DNA of 52,724 nucleotides, filler included, from Mitosporidium daphniae (GCF_000760515.2; 19 parts of 19 records of this genome joined end to end with filler, not necessarily neighbours in it); one strand, 5' to 3'; counted from the first letter of the whole stretch, positions 1 to 11,874 are shown. Made by a program: numbers and translations. Notes: generated by a model from the letters alone, not told the origin.

Positions 1-294
1 ATCTACAGCAGTTCTGGCTTAGTTGTTTCTTCTCCAAATGCCACATCATCTATTTTCCGCAACACAAAAGCAATGCGTATCGAATGGGCTCCATTCCATA
101 TAGATAGCGAATTTGTTGAGATCACTTTGGTCAATAGTAATACAGATGACAAGGTTTTGATAGCCTTTTACAACACTGGATCTTGCGATATTGACATTTC
201 CGACTNGAATCTTCCAGTCGGAACTTACTATGTTATTGTAAATTCGGAGTTTGGTGCTGGCGCATCATCTCCATTCATCATTCGCGATGCTTAG
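1..294 (+). CDS. 3' part of a small beta-rich protein, possibly Kre9/KNH-like secreted (5' partial)
   Basis: Open frame from base 1: GLVVSSPNATSSIFRNTKAMRIEW...GTYYVIVNS...SSPFII. Pattern loosely resembles the Ser/Thr-rich GPI-anchored (Kre9/KNH) domain. Confidence 0.3.
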   Translation: MYSSSGLVVSSPNATSSIFRNTKAMRIEWAPFHIDSEFVEITLVNSNTDDKVLIAFYNTGSCDIDISDXNLPVGTYYVIVNSEFGAGASSPFIIRDA

Positions 295-1226
295 CACATC
301 CAAATTTAGGTTTTACTATGCTTTATGTTGTAATAAACGCAATTATCAAGATCGAAACTTGGCTTTAACGCAGCATAGGGTTCAAACTGCAAATCGGGCA
401 TATAGACGAATCAAAGTCCATGCGGAATTAAATTAGATTGAATTTGGAGGTCAGAGACAAATCCGTATTTGGAAGCAAAGAGGGAAGAAGGCTTTCAAAA
501 ACGGAATGTTGGCACAAGTTCAGAAGATGATCCAAAGGCTTATATTCCATAGCTCAAGATTTTAATTCACTCATGTTTTTGCTTGAAAAGCTAGCATAAA
601 ATAGCAATATTTTTGTTGCTTTTATTCTGTTTATGCCCAATAACATAATCCTAATGGAAGGCGCAGGCCTTTTCGGCCCTCATTTGATGGATCGGCTAAT
701 AAAAATAACCCAAAATGCTTGATTATTGATAATGTCTTTGCTGGAGCCCTAGAAAAGCTAGATCAATCGAATAACCATCGACGGCTTTTGGTTTATGAGC
801 TTGATATTTCCAGCCCAGGCCACCAAATGACATATACATGACATATACATCTTGTTTGCCTTTAAGATCAATACTGGAAACGTCAGGTCCACACCATAAA
901 GAAGGGTTTTATGGGCACACTATTAATGTTGGAATTTGGGAACAAAAGAAAAGTAAAAATTTCAAGGCTAGAATAAGATGGTCGCTTTAAGCCCTGAATT
1001 AATCCGGGTGGTCTAAGGCACCTTGTCTTTTTGCAAGCAACCCGAATTTCAAAAAAACTTTTAAATCATCAAAACTGGAAACGCCACAATTTTCAACACA
1101 AAAATGAAGGGAAAATCACGGAAAAGNNNNNNNNNNNNNNNNNNNNNNNNNNNNNNNNNNNNNNNNNNNNTTAATTAATTAANNNNNNNNNNNNNNNNNN
1201 NNNNNNNNNNNNNNNNNNNNNNNNNN

Positions 1227-1523
1227 ATTGTATTCCGTGGTCCCATCCACAGAAACCGACTTATCCTCTGCTAAAGGTGTTCTACCTTCTCAAGTAACCT
1301 ACTCCATGCCGAAGACATTCAAGGTTAATTGAGTACATTTACCAAATAGGCATCTGCCTCTTTAGAAAAGGATCCAAATAATATTAGAAAACATGCCAGC
1401 CCTGTGAAAGAAGACGAGAGCGAAATTAAGCTCGAATCAATCAGTAAGAAGCTAAAGGAGTCTGAGACGACACCCGCTTCCAGGCTGCCAAAGCCATCAA
1501 AAAAATCCGACTTTAAATTTTAA
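1227..1523 (+). CDS. 3' end of unknown protein (partial)
   Basis: Removing a 26-nt GT-AG intron (1324-1349) gives a continuous frame ending SRLPKPSKKSDFKF*. Confidence 0.5.
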
Positions 1524-1548
1524 AAAATAAACCCAATTCCTTATAGCA

Positions 1549-2347
1549 ATGTCCCAGTTGGTGAAGACCCTTGATGCGTCCAAATGGGATACGCTTGATG
1601 ATCTGATCAACAAGCTATATCTTTGCGATGCAAAAATAGAAGATCCATCTGAACACGTTCTTCTACTTTTCAAGTAAACTTACTTGTGGCAATTTGTAGC
1701 TTGATATATGACATATGTGTGCCCCATCCGATTAGCGATGTTGAAGAGCTTTACAAATGGACAGCGAAATATTTTTTTGGGTTAATTTCAAAGTACAGGG
1801 CCGTATGTGATCCTTGTTTTATTCTTAGCGGATGAAAAGGGAGTTTGTTACCATTGACGATCTTGTCGCTTACCATCGATTGTGGACGGACTTTTTGAAC
1901 GGGCTCCAGCTCATGATTTGTAGTTTCATCTATTTTGACAAGCTGATTTCTTTGATTAAAAAGGTCCCCAGCCAGGGGAATACCTTTGACTTGGGCGAAG
2001 TTTTGCCTCCATTTGGCCCAACAATCATGAACTGGCTAAATACGGAGGAGGTGCAGATTTATTTCTAAATCCTTTAGCTGGGTCTTAATGTTTGGAAAAG
2101 ATGCATGCTAGATTTTTTGGAGAATTATTGCGGAGAAAACTCTCTTTTCAGTTGCATATTGAGGTATCTTTTTGCCGACTGGTAGAAACTACATGCTTTT
2201 TTGTTAGCAATTCTTGGGGCAGCGAATTGAGTCCTTGGATTCCAATGGAGGAGGATTTTGTTGTTCGTGAGTCTGTATTTTCCATCTGTAACCAAGTGTG
2301 TGAAATTTACATCTAGATGCCTCTTATTCTGCAACTTTGCAGACGGA
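1549..2347 (+). CDS. Cullin N-terminal region, cullin-2-like (3' partial, multi-exon)
   Basis: Introns 1674-1699, 1803-1828, 2051-2077. Spliced product has IYDICVPHP...ELY, AYHRLWTDFLNG...FIYFD and ELGLNVWKRCML, matching the cullin repeat 1 pattern. Confidence 0.7.
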
Positions 2348-2447
2348 NNNNNNNNNNNNNNNNNNNNNNNNNNNNNNNNNNNNNNNNNNNNTTAATTAAT
2401 TAANNNNNNNNNNNNNNNNNNNNNNNNNNNNNNNNNNNNNNNNNNNN

Positions 2448-3203
2448 TCCATAAGAAGAACCTATACGGAAATTTAGACAATGTAGAGTACCTGTTCTTG
2501 CGTATAGCATCCGCTACAAACGTCCACTGCATCTTTGATTTTCATCCCTTCCCTCTCGACAAACTTGGAAGAAATCAAAAGGCACGATATTCCAAGGAGT
2601 TGGAGGAAAATCTTTGGAAGAACCTTTGCAGACAGGTAGCGGTCAACATAGTTTATAGCCAAATGTAGGGATTCAAATGAAAGCTCGTAATCATCCACAA
2701 CTTCGACTAGCCAATCGACAAGAATAGACCTCATTTTGGGTGTAATCTCCTTCTGATTGACCATGTAAAGAGGGCTTGGTGGCTCTTTTTCCTTAAAATT
2801 AGTCCAATAGACACACCTTGATCATGAATGAGATCAGATCATAATACAATTCTGACGGAAGGCCCTCTGCAGGTACAAGTAGAGTTCTGCTAATGGGATT
2901 CGAATTTTCCACAAACTGCTCGGTGGATACTTTGAATGTTTTCCGCTTCGTCAAGGTCTGTGGAATGCAAGATTCGGGTGTTTTCTAAAAATAAGAAAAG
3001 AACCGAACTTTAACTGTCTTGACACATATGGTCGAATGCTGATTTATCGACTGCAGAGAAAGGACTGGTTTTTCTTTTTCAGCTTCATGGTCCCTCTGAT
3101 TGATCGATATGGGCTTGAGGATATTAAAGGCATCTAATGGCGCTGGATTTTTCAACGGTGGCAGACCATTTTCCTTGTTTTTGTTCATAGATGCAAATCG
3201 CAT
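2448..3203 (-). CDS. Cyclin, A-type cyclin box (3' partial, multi-exon)
   Basis: ITPKMRSILVDWLVEVVDDYELSFESLHLAINYVDRYLS...LQLLGISCLLISSKF. KEN motif near the N-terminus. Confidence 0.88.
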
Positions 3204-3243
3204 TTCTCATTAAAGAAATATTTAAGGATTGCAAAAGCATCAA

Positions 3244-3334
3244 TTTGGCGGTCAAAGAGCGATATTGCGAGGCGCCAGAAAAGTTGTCTTTAAATTGTTT
3301 AATTTAATTTATACGCCTGAAAGTGCCCGCCAAA
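3244..3334. promoter_or_regulatory. E2F-like sites upstream of the cyclin gene
   Basis: TTTGGCGG (3244), GGCGCCAGAAAA (3271) and CCCGCCAAA (3326-3334), 40-130 bp upstream of the ATG at 3203. Confidence 0.45.
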
Positions 3335-3674
3335 GAGGTTGTTATACTGTGGCTCAATCGGTATGGATACTGACAACCTGTACTAAACTAGCGTATCCGA
3401 CGCTGTTTTTTGATCGGCGTCATCAATAGAAAGATTATCGAGCAGAATAGGCTACCAAAAGAGGGCTTTTTTGCCAATTTTAATTAAAAAAATTTAACCC
3501 GTCGTCTATGGAATTATACAAGGAATTTGGGTTTGCTATCAATAACTCCATTTTNNNNNNNNNNNNNNNNNNNNNNNNNNNNNNNNNNNNNNNNNNNNTT
3601 AATTAATTAANNNNNNNNNNNNNNNNNNNNNNNNNNNNNNNNNNNNNNNNNNNNATAATTCATCTGCAATTTGC

Positions 3675-4760
3675 GTGGTTACTTTCTCGACGCTTGTGTA
3701 CACGAAGAGCTTTTATCAGGCACTCTTAAGAGCCCGAAAGCTGCTGAATGGAATATCGGATACGATTCCGCTTACTCCTCCAAATGATGCACGCCATCAA
3801 ATCAGGTTTTTTGTTTCTTCGTTTCTGAAACATGACCAAGCTATGCTTTCAGCATTGAGTCAGGAGGAGAGGGAAACGCTCTCATCGAAACCCAAGATTT
3901 TTCCAGAGGATGTTCCGGGTGATGAGAAGGTTACCTTGCAAAAAATTTTTACCTCTGCGCATTTGAACCAGCTCAGGAGGGATCTTAAAGAGCGAAACCT
4001 TTTGCCCTCGCAAGTATTCTTTGCCAAGCTTTTCATGACCTTTTTGTCACCCGCCTATTCTGCAGACAGTTCAATTCCCAATTGGGACAGAATTCTCAGC
4101 ATAAAAGATAAAGAGTCGATTGATGAGCTTAAATGGATATTTTTTTCTGAGAGCATGCCAGAGAAAAAAATTAAAAAGTTCTTTGAAGCTAGCGAGGTAG
4201 GTAAGGCACTGTTCGAAAATTTTAACATATCTTCGATTCCATCCGACTCAAATACTCCCACATTGGATAGAGAGACTGTTGTCCAATCGACGCAAGAGCA
4301 GGAATCTGTCCAAGAGCAGGAATCTGTCCAAGAGCAGGAATCTGTCCAAGAGCAGGAACAGATTCATGAAAACCTCGAAGACAAAAATGTATCCCCTGCA
4401 GAGAAATCACCTTTCGGAATATCTGATGCGATATTTGATGGTTTAAGGGTTAAATTTACAAAAGACTTTGCAACAACAGTTGTTGGTCGCCTCAATTTGA
4501 ACGATGCATACACAAAGTATCCGGTGTTTGTTGATGCTGTTGACGGAAAATGGTTATTCGCCACAATGAACGATGTTGCTGAAAATTTGAGAGATATCGC
4601 TCATTCTTTCTTTTCGCCTGCACTGATAAACATCTATGATCTGGAAGAATTTGACTTGGAAGACATGCTTCACTATCTGGCATACTCTGGCGGTGCCGTT
4701 GGTTTTATGGATCTTTTAGATAGCTGTACAAAGGCTGATAGAGATTTGATTTTTGGTTTT
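3675..4760 (+). CDS. Unknown multicopy-family protein with QEQESV repeats (partial)
   Basis: Long intronless ORF running to the contig end. Clear paralogue at 19847-20849. Confidence 0.75.
4293..4358 (+). repeat. 18-bp coding tandem repeat CAAGAGCAGGAATCTGTC x3 plus a partial copy
   Basis: Directly visible; encodes QEQESV. Confidence 0.95.
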
Positions 4761-4860
4761 NNNNNNNNNNNNNNNNNNNNNNNNNNNNNNNNNNNNNNNN
4801 NNNNTTAATTAATTAANNNNNNNNNNNNNNNNNNNNNNNNNNNNNNNNNNNNNNNNNNNN

Positions 4861-5048
4861 CGTCACCACAACTTACCAAGCCACAATTCAAGCTCATTTG
4901 TATATTTATCCATCAGAAATTCGGTCTCGCAACCGGGACACAATAGAATTTCCGTGGATCCCGAAAGTAGCCTCACCAGTCCAATCCTCTCCAAACAATA
5001 AGGACAATTGGGAATGCTTGGAGTGTCACGGCGGCCGATAAGAAACAT
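4861..5048 (-). CDS. Zinc-ribbon (CxxC...CxxC) protein, probably first exon only
   Basis: CPYC and CPGC pairs. A GTAAGT donor precedes the stop near the contig edge. Divergent from CCDC25. Confidence 0.45.
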
Positions 5049-5077
5049 TTTAATTTTAAAAAATTAAATTTCGTTCC

Positions 5078-5786
5078 ATGTACCAGTTTGTTTCGAACGC
5101 CACCAATCCTCCCTCTATAATATACATTGGAAAAGATAAATATGAAAATGACCAGCTAATTAAGCATGGATATGGCGAAAATGATGTTTGGTTCCATGTG
5201 GATCGCCTCTCAAGCGCTCATCTTTATCTCAAGCTGATCCCTGGTTTTGCGTGGGACAATCTCCCACAAGAGCTGCTAATCGACTGTTCTCAATTGGTCA
5301 AGGCAAATTCCATCGAGGGTACCCCTTGCTGTCTTACCATAGGAAATAAGAAAAATAACGTCGACATTTTATATACCCCATGGAATAATTTAAAGAAGAC
5401 CCAGGGAATGGAGGTCGGAGAAGTCGCATTTCACAAGCCCAACCAAGTCAAACGATTCCACGTAGAAAAAAAAGATAATGCCATCCTTAATCGACTGCAA
5501 AAGACAAAAACGGAATACACAATTGATTATGAGCAGGAAAAAATTGCCAGAGAAAAGGGCCTTCGAGCCCTCCAAAAAGACCAGGAAAAAGCAAAGGTGA
5601 CCTTATTTCGAGCTTTTATTAACCAACTAGAAAGCGGAAAACATCGGGATTCAAAATGCAAAAAGGGCTCAAGAGCAAATAACCTCATATGGCGATATTT
5701 TTCAACAACAAAGGCTGCCTATTTCTCGGGCACTCGATTTTTCCGAAACAGACATCCACCAGTATGAAGACGAGCTTTTTATGTAA
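5078..5786 (+). CDS. CCDC25: CCDC25/Jlp2 family NFACT-R domain protein
   Basis: IYIGKDKYEN, DVWFHVDRLSSAHLYL, YTPWNNLKKT. Introns 5319-5342 and 5597-5630 restore ANSIEGNK and the C-terminal EDELFM*. Confidence 0.93.
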
Positions 5787-6054
5787 TCCCAGCGAATGCT
5801 CCCCTGTCCTCTCGCCCAAGTGCCTACATAAATCAAATCGCAATAAAGCCTGCCATTTTAAAAAGGCCAAACGACAACCAACGGCGAGATATTATGATGG
5901 AGCCCACTGAAACATTTTAAAATACGTAAGATGCAAGCAGTTAAAACCGGGGTCNNNNNNNNNNNNNNNNNNNNNNNNNNNNNNNNNNNNNNNNNNNNTT
6001 AATTAATTAANNNNNNNNNNNNNNNNNNNNNNNNNNNNNNNNNNNNNNNNNNNN

Positions 6055-6142
6055 CATTGAGGTCGTCTTCTTCAACTTGCAGTGAAGAAAGAGCAAAAAA
6101 GGTTATCAGGATTACGAGAAATAAAATCTTTTGAATGTTCAT
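6055..6142 (-). CDS. N-terminus of putative secreted protein (partial)
   Basis: MNIQKILFLVILITFFALSSLQVEEDDL looks like a signal peptide; runs off the contig. Confidence 0.4.
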
Positions 6143-7245
6143 TAAGGCGAGAAATTTTGTGAAAAAACTGTATGGTTTTTATACCCTGTTTTGCACCGGA
6201 AATTTCGCATCCAATCAAAATATTAAATTTAATAATTCTTCAAATAACCAATTAAATTCTGAAATTTTAGTTGCTAGGTGGTCTTAATATGCACTTCATT
6301 GGCCAAGTAATTGATTTTATTCTGGATCATTCTAAAAATAGAAATTAGACCAATCAAACACAAGTACATTTGATTTCTGCTAGGACCAGCTAGATCAGAA
6401 GTGGTGTGTGCATCGATAATTCGACCATACTACCAGGAAAGCAAGCGACTGCATTATCAGCGTTCCTTCAAAGCAGTATTCTGAATATTTCCAAGAATTC
6501 TTCTACAATCTCCTATCAAATGGGTATCATTGAAATTTCGACTTTTGTATTCCGTTATTGAGCAAGGGATATTCTGCTCAAATAATGATCTTATTCGAAC
6601 AACATGCAAACATCATGTTTCATATCCAAGGTTTTCTTGCAATTGATCAATTGTATGTCACTCGCACAAGATATGTCAAACCGAGATAAATGGCGTAATT
6701 CTTGCTATACATTTTTTGATTAAAATTTTAAAAGCACATGAACGGTCACAAGTCCCAGCGATAAGATCTTTTATCTGAATGCAGCAATTTTCTTTAAATC
6801 TGCTAGACGTGCATATACCAATCTTGTGATCGCTACATTGAGTCTCTGGATTTGGTAAAGCATATATTTCGCACAACCCTAAGCCTTGATGTAACCAATC
6901 ATATGTCTGCTCTGGTCGAACATTCAGCCTAATTAGCCGGTATTAATGGAAAAGTTTCTTAAAATTCACATCTTACTCGAAGCAGGTATAAATACAAGAG
7001 GGCTTCAAAGTCCAGTATCTTCGATTGTAGTTTTGAAGCTTCTATTTTAACTTTAGATCCAGAAGTACTTTCCTTAAACTCACAATGTTGTGGTCCATCG
7101 CTGTTGAATTGCCATTCCACTGTCATTGAGGATCAATGATTATGCNNNNNNNNNNNNNNNNNNNNNNNNNNNNNNNNNNNNNNNNNNNNTTAATTAATTA
7201 ANNNNNNNNNNNNNNNNNNNNNNNNNNNNNNNNNNNNNNNNNNNN

Positions 7246-7534
7246 TGATTTCGCGAACCGCCAAACTGACGCTGGTTGCTGCTGGAGTTTCAATTACTTA
7301 TGGCCTGTGGGTAGCGTATCAAAATCATGTAAATGCTGAAAAAATGGATAGATCAGATTTATAAACACTTGCGTCGCAGGGTGGTACTGTTGACGCCATA
7401 CAGACTGTCGAAGCAAATGCCATTGAAGGTGGATGCTTGTCTAAAATTGATGGCAATTCAGCCTCTGCTGGCCACACTGGCCTTGTTTGGACCGTAGTGA
7501 GTGGCATCTTCTTCGTTGTCTTGGAATTGTTTTG
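7246..7534 (+). pseudogene. 3' end of GPI-anchor-like surface protein family member with in-frame stop
   Basis: Frame ends KIDGNSASAGHTGLVWTVVSGIFFVVLELF*, with an internal TAA after MDRSDL. Homologous to the minus strand at ~13935-14163. Confidence 0.5.
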
Positions 7535-9618
7535 AGATTGATGGCTGATGCCAATTAATTTAATTAAACTCAAAAATGTGACATTTTACTAAATTGGCTG
7601 CAAAATTAATTCTAATGCACGTCATGTTTTAAAAACGGAAATCACGTAAAAAAGGACATCAGTTCAAGTATGCATCTCGATGCGCATGGAATGCTCAAAA
7701 ATAAAATTTACCTTCAAAGCTCCAAGTTGCATTGATTGGGTAAAGGACTACGGTCAAGTTTGGAAGGGGCATCCTTTGATGCCAAGTTGTTAGAAAATGC
7801 CCCTTTGTTGAAAACTGTACTAAAATGATGAATAGTTTGAGGAGAGGTTGGCAACCCATTCTTGGGCCATTTCAATTCTTGAACATAGCGAGAGCGAGGG
7901 TTTGATTCCTTTTTGGGAGATGCTGCAATGGCATGATGCAGAAGGCAGTAGGACACAGCCGGAACAAACTTGAGCAAGGAAGGTATAAACCAAAAAGTGA
8001 TAGGGATCCACATGGTGGGTATGCACTTTGAGGATGGAAAAGGATTTTATGAGAAAATTTGAAATCTCATCAAAACAAAGCAGCACCCTTCTTTTCGTCA
8101 CTAAATTTGGCTTGCAAGCTTTGGTGCATAAATTATGCAGCTCAGATGGGAAAGTGAAATACGCGTACAAAGCGATAAACACAAGAGAAAGGGCCAAGAT
8201 TTTCGGCTTTCGATCTTGCAATAAAACGAGTCGGTGTATATCAGATCCAAAAGAGACTTTATCATCGGTAATAGCAGTTGGATTGATGGCAAAGTTGAGC
8301 AAAAATGGATTTCAGAACCGGTTATGATTTGATNNNNNNNNNNNNNNNNNNNNNNNNNNNNNNNNNNNNNNNNNNNNTTAATTAATTAANNNNNNNNNNN
8401 NNNNNNNNNNNNNNNNNNNNNNNNNNNNNNNNNGTAGGGTCCCTTTTATTTTCGCAACCCAAGAAAAACGGGGAGGGTTTAAGGTGTGCAGTACAGGTTT
8501 TCTTTACCCCAAATAATATACAAAAAACCGAGATTTTCAAAAAAAAATTCATCAGTCGGATTCCTTGCAGAGTAACTCAGTGTCCCCCTTGCACAATGCA
8601 TAGTTAGGTTATTGCATGTCAAGATTCTTCCAGGTTTCACTTTCACCAATTTAAACTTGAATTTTTGTACTTAAATTGCCCTTGGATCAACCACCTCTTT
8701 TTGTTTTTTCCAGTTTGGGGAAATATAAACAGATAGCTGAGAATCACATACAAAGTGCGAATATAGGGTTAGCAAGGAACCTCGTACTTATCTCAAGGCT
8801 TTTGGAAACACTTATCGAATATCATGATGCTTACGTCCAAAAGCAAGATTTCGATATCTTAAAAATACCTACCGAGTACAATGTGATTAGAAATTACTGT
8901 ATTTCCATTTTTCTTCAACATTTTCTTAGAGGATATGTGCTATTTCCAAACCAAGCAGTTTTTTGATCCTTAGCAATTCAGGTTAGAAAGTAACGCTGAA
9001 AATATCTACTGCAGGAGAAGTATCATATCTTTGACACCGATATATAATGTTTTTAATGTTCACAGTATTTAGATCAAATTATGACGAGATTGAGACCACT
9101 TTATTGCACATCGAAACGTTTCTGCTTGCACAAATATTTCTGAAAATTACTCCATGCCTCTAATCATGGATGTTCGGATTTTCAGTTAAATTACACATTA
9201 GATTTCAAAAATGGCTGATCGAATTTATGCAGAATATCAAGTAAAGCCCTATTCCATAAGATACACGCTATCGCTATAAAAAGCTCAATTTTATGGGTTT
9301 TCGATGATTTTTACCAAAGAACGATTCAAAGAACGAATCAAGTTCGTTTACTGCATTTTTGGACTAACGATCAATTTCTAAGGACTCCAACTCGACCGAT
9401 CCCAAATGGGGTTAAAGTATGTTTATGTAAATAAGCATTCGTATTACCAGGGTTTTTTGAGTCTGTAGCTCCCACATTGAAATGATATTAAACGATGTTT
9501 TTATGACAAATTCCAGNNNNNNNNNNNNNNNNNNNNNNNNNNNNNNNNNNNNNNNNNNNNTTAATTAATTAANNNNNNNNNNNNNNNNNNNNNNNNNNNN
9601 NNNNNNNNNNNNNNNNTA

Positions 9619-9700
9619 GACGAGGTGACCGAGTGGTTAAGGTGATGGACTGCTAATCCATTGTGCATTGCACGCGTGGGTTCGAATCCCATGTTCGTCG
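9619..9700 (+). tRNA. tRNA-Ser(GCT)
   Basis: Cloverleaf with long variable arm, anticodon loop CTGCTAA, T-loop GTTCGAATCC. Animal-type sequence. Confidence 0.95.
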
Positions 9701-9812
9701 ATTAGTATTCTTTCTTTTAATGACGAATGACTGGCGCATCTCGCTACCGTGTTGTTGTGAAAACAAACATTGATTGCTGTATATTCTGGATGAAAGATCG
9801 GTGTTTCAAACG

Positions 9813-9884
9813 GGTCCTATGGTGTAATGGTTAGCACTTCAGACTCTGACTCTGATAATCTGAGTTCAAATCTCAGTAGGGCCT
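9813..9884 (+). tRNA. tRNA-Gln(CTG)
   Basis: Acceptor GGTCCTA/TAGGGCC, anticodon arm TCAGA-CTCTGAC-TCTGA, T-loop GTTCAAATC. Confidence 0.9.
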
Positions 9885-10339
9885 CTTATTAAAAGAAACC
9901 AAAAGAAAATATGGTTGTTTATTCTCCTATTCGTAGAAGATATTCTCGTGGTAAACGCCACCTTTTTTGTCATTTCTTCTTTGAAAGTTTCCACCTCTAC
10001 CCTTTAAACTTATTCCTTCAGTCAACGGTTTAATTATCTCCTCTGAGTCCTTTAAATTGTTTTAACCTTGATAGCTAAACCGTATAAATGATTCTTCCCC
10101 TTTCTCCTTTCCCAAACTTCTTTGTCCACAACTTTAATTTCTTTTTCTCGCCAAATACAACTTAGATACACAATATGGAACAGTAAATAAAAATGAATTG
10201 ACGTAGCTTACATTATACTGTATTCTTCTGAATCATTTAACGTGGGTCACATTAAGTACAACATCTAGAAAACACCCATCTCCGCACGAAGTGAACCTGC
10301 GTATTGGCACAAAAATAACATTGTTTAATAGCAAGTAAC

Positions 10340-10412
10340 TGCCCCGAGTGAGGTTCGAACTCACGACCTCGAGATTATGAGACTCGCGCGCTGCCTACTG
10401 CGCTATCGAGGC
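10340..10412 (-). tRNA. tRNA-Met(CAT), elongator
   Basis: Reverse complement GCCTCGATAGCGCAGTAGGCAGCGCG...CTCATAA...GTTCGAACCTCACTCGGGGCA. Confidence 0.95.
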
Positions 10413-10512
10413 GTCTAACCTATAACAAAAGTTACAACTTAAAAGAGGACAATGTTTCGTAAGGTATATTAAAGAAATAATTGATATTGCTATCCCAGAA
10501 CGCGGTAAGTAA

Positions 10513-10585
10513 GCCCGGTTAGCTCAGCCGGTAGAGCGCGGGACTTTTAATCCTGAGGTCGAGGGTTCAAGTCCCTCATCGGGCG
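10513..10585 (+). tRNA. tRNA-Lys(TTT)
   Basis: GCCCGGTTAGCTCAG...CTTTTAA...GTTCAAGTCCCTCATCGGGCG. Confidence 0.95.
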
Positions 10586-10799
10586 TAGTGCTTCGAATGT
10601 TGCTTTCTGTCTGTTAAATTGCACACGTAGTTGCTGCATAGATGATTAAAAGTTCTTGTTTACGGATAAGTGTTAGTCAAGTGAAGTTTGATTCTGCTTN
10701 NNNNNNNNNNNNNNNNNNNNNNNNNNNNNNNNNNNNNNNNNNNTTAATTAATTAANNNNNNNNNNNNNNNNNNNNNNNNNNNNNNNNNNNNNNNNNNNN

Positions 10800-11874
10800 G
10801 GGAAAATATGCGGCTCCAAATCACTGAGGATCTCTTTTCCGGTTGCATCTGCCAATTCATATGAAGGCACCAAGCCCGACGGCATCTCCAAGAGACGTGG
10901 ATAGAAAATAATAAATTTGTATCCTTGGACATATTTGGGGGGCGGGTTGTTCGAGTCGTAGTGCGTCTGGTTGTATCTATTCCAGTCAAAGCCGGAAAAA
11001 ACCCTGCTTACATACCTGGGGATGAACTTTCGCGACAAATCCCCCTGGGTATCGAAACTGATTACCGGAACAGCTCCATAAGACTCCTCAGCCTCAGTCG
11101 CCTTTGAGGACGAGTGAAAGATTTGCTGCTTTATGGCTTGGGGATGGTCATCTTCCATTAGCAGCTTGCTCTTCCCAGTATCTTTAATGGTCTCTGAAGA
11201 GCTTTCCGCCGTTGAGGGTGACGCTTCTCGAGATTTGTTAAAAAGCTTACTTTGATGAAAGAGCAGTGTTTTCGCTTTAAAAACCTCAACTTCATGTAGG
11301 ACGGCATCCCAAAACGTTGGATCAAAAGAGTGAAGTTTGACTTTTATATTTGTCTGAAGAATCGATAGGCTTCTGATTTGCTCCTTTGGAGAAGAGGAGC
11401 CAGTGGACACTTCCTTGAATATCTCCCGGATGTCGCCAATGACACTTTGGTGGACAACGGAGTGTTCAAACGTGGATGCCTTTTTGGTAATAAAATATTT
11501 TGTGGCAATTTTGATGGAATTCCAATAGTCAAAGGAGGAAAATTCTAAAGAAGACTCCAAGTCTCGAATTTTTTTATTGCTAGAGCAAATAAAGGAGATC
11601 GCCTCCAAGAACCCTTCAACTGGCTCCAAAATTGCTTCTTTAAGCTCCTTCTCAGATAGAGAAGAGACAAACATGAACGGGTTCGGTAAATTTATTCCAA
11701 GTGGAAGCTTTGATACGTTTCCAAGCTTCGTATTGAGTGTAAGGGGTCGAAAGTTAAACTGGGCTGGCTGAATCGCCCAGATGCACAGAACCAGATTATC
11801 GATGGGAATCATTCGATTTTCAACTGCACGAATAATTGCCTTTTCAAGAGCTTGGTCAAGGATAAACAGATTCT
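10800..11874 (-). CDS. Cactin (spliceosome-associated), internal fragment
   Basis: CactinC motif PRYVSRVFSGFDWNRYNQTHYDSNNPPPKYVQGYKFIIFYP. Confidence 0.92.

Noticed and set aside
828..851. Short duplication ATGACATATAC x2
   Set aside because: Two copies only; ordinary slippage.
6300..9516. Stop-riddled fragments in contigs 6-8 as decayed transposases
   Set aside because: I could not identify DDE, RT or other diagnostic motifs in any frame.
10744..10989. ORFs ending in XXXX...LIN or N (also 4808, 11923, 15359, 16469, 17579, 19791)
   Set aside because: They are translations running into linkers; the ends are artefacts.
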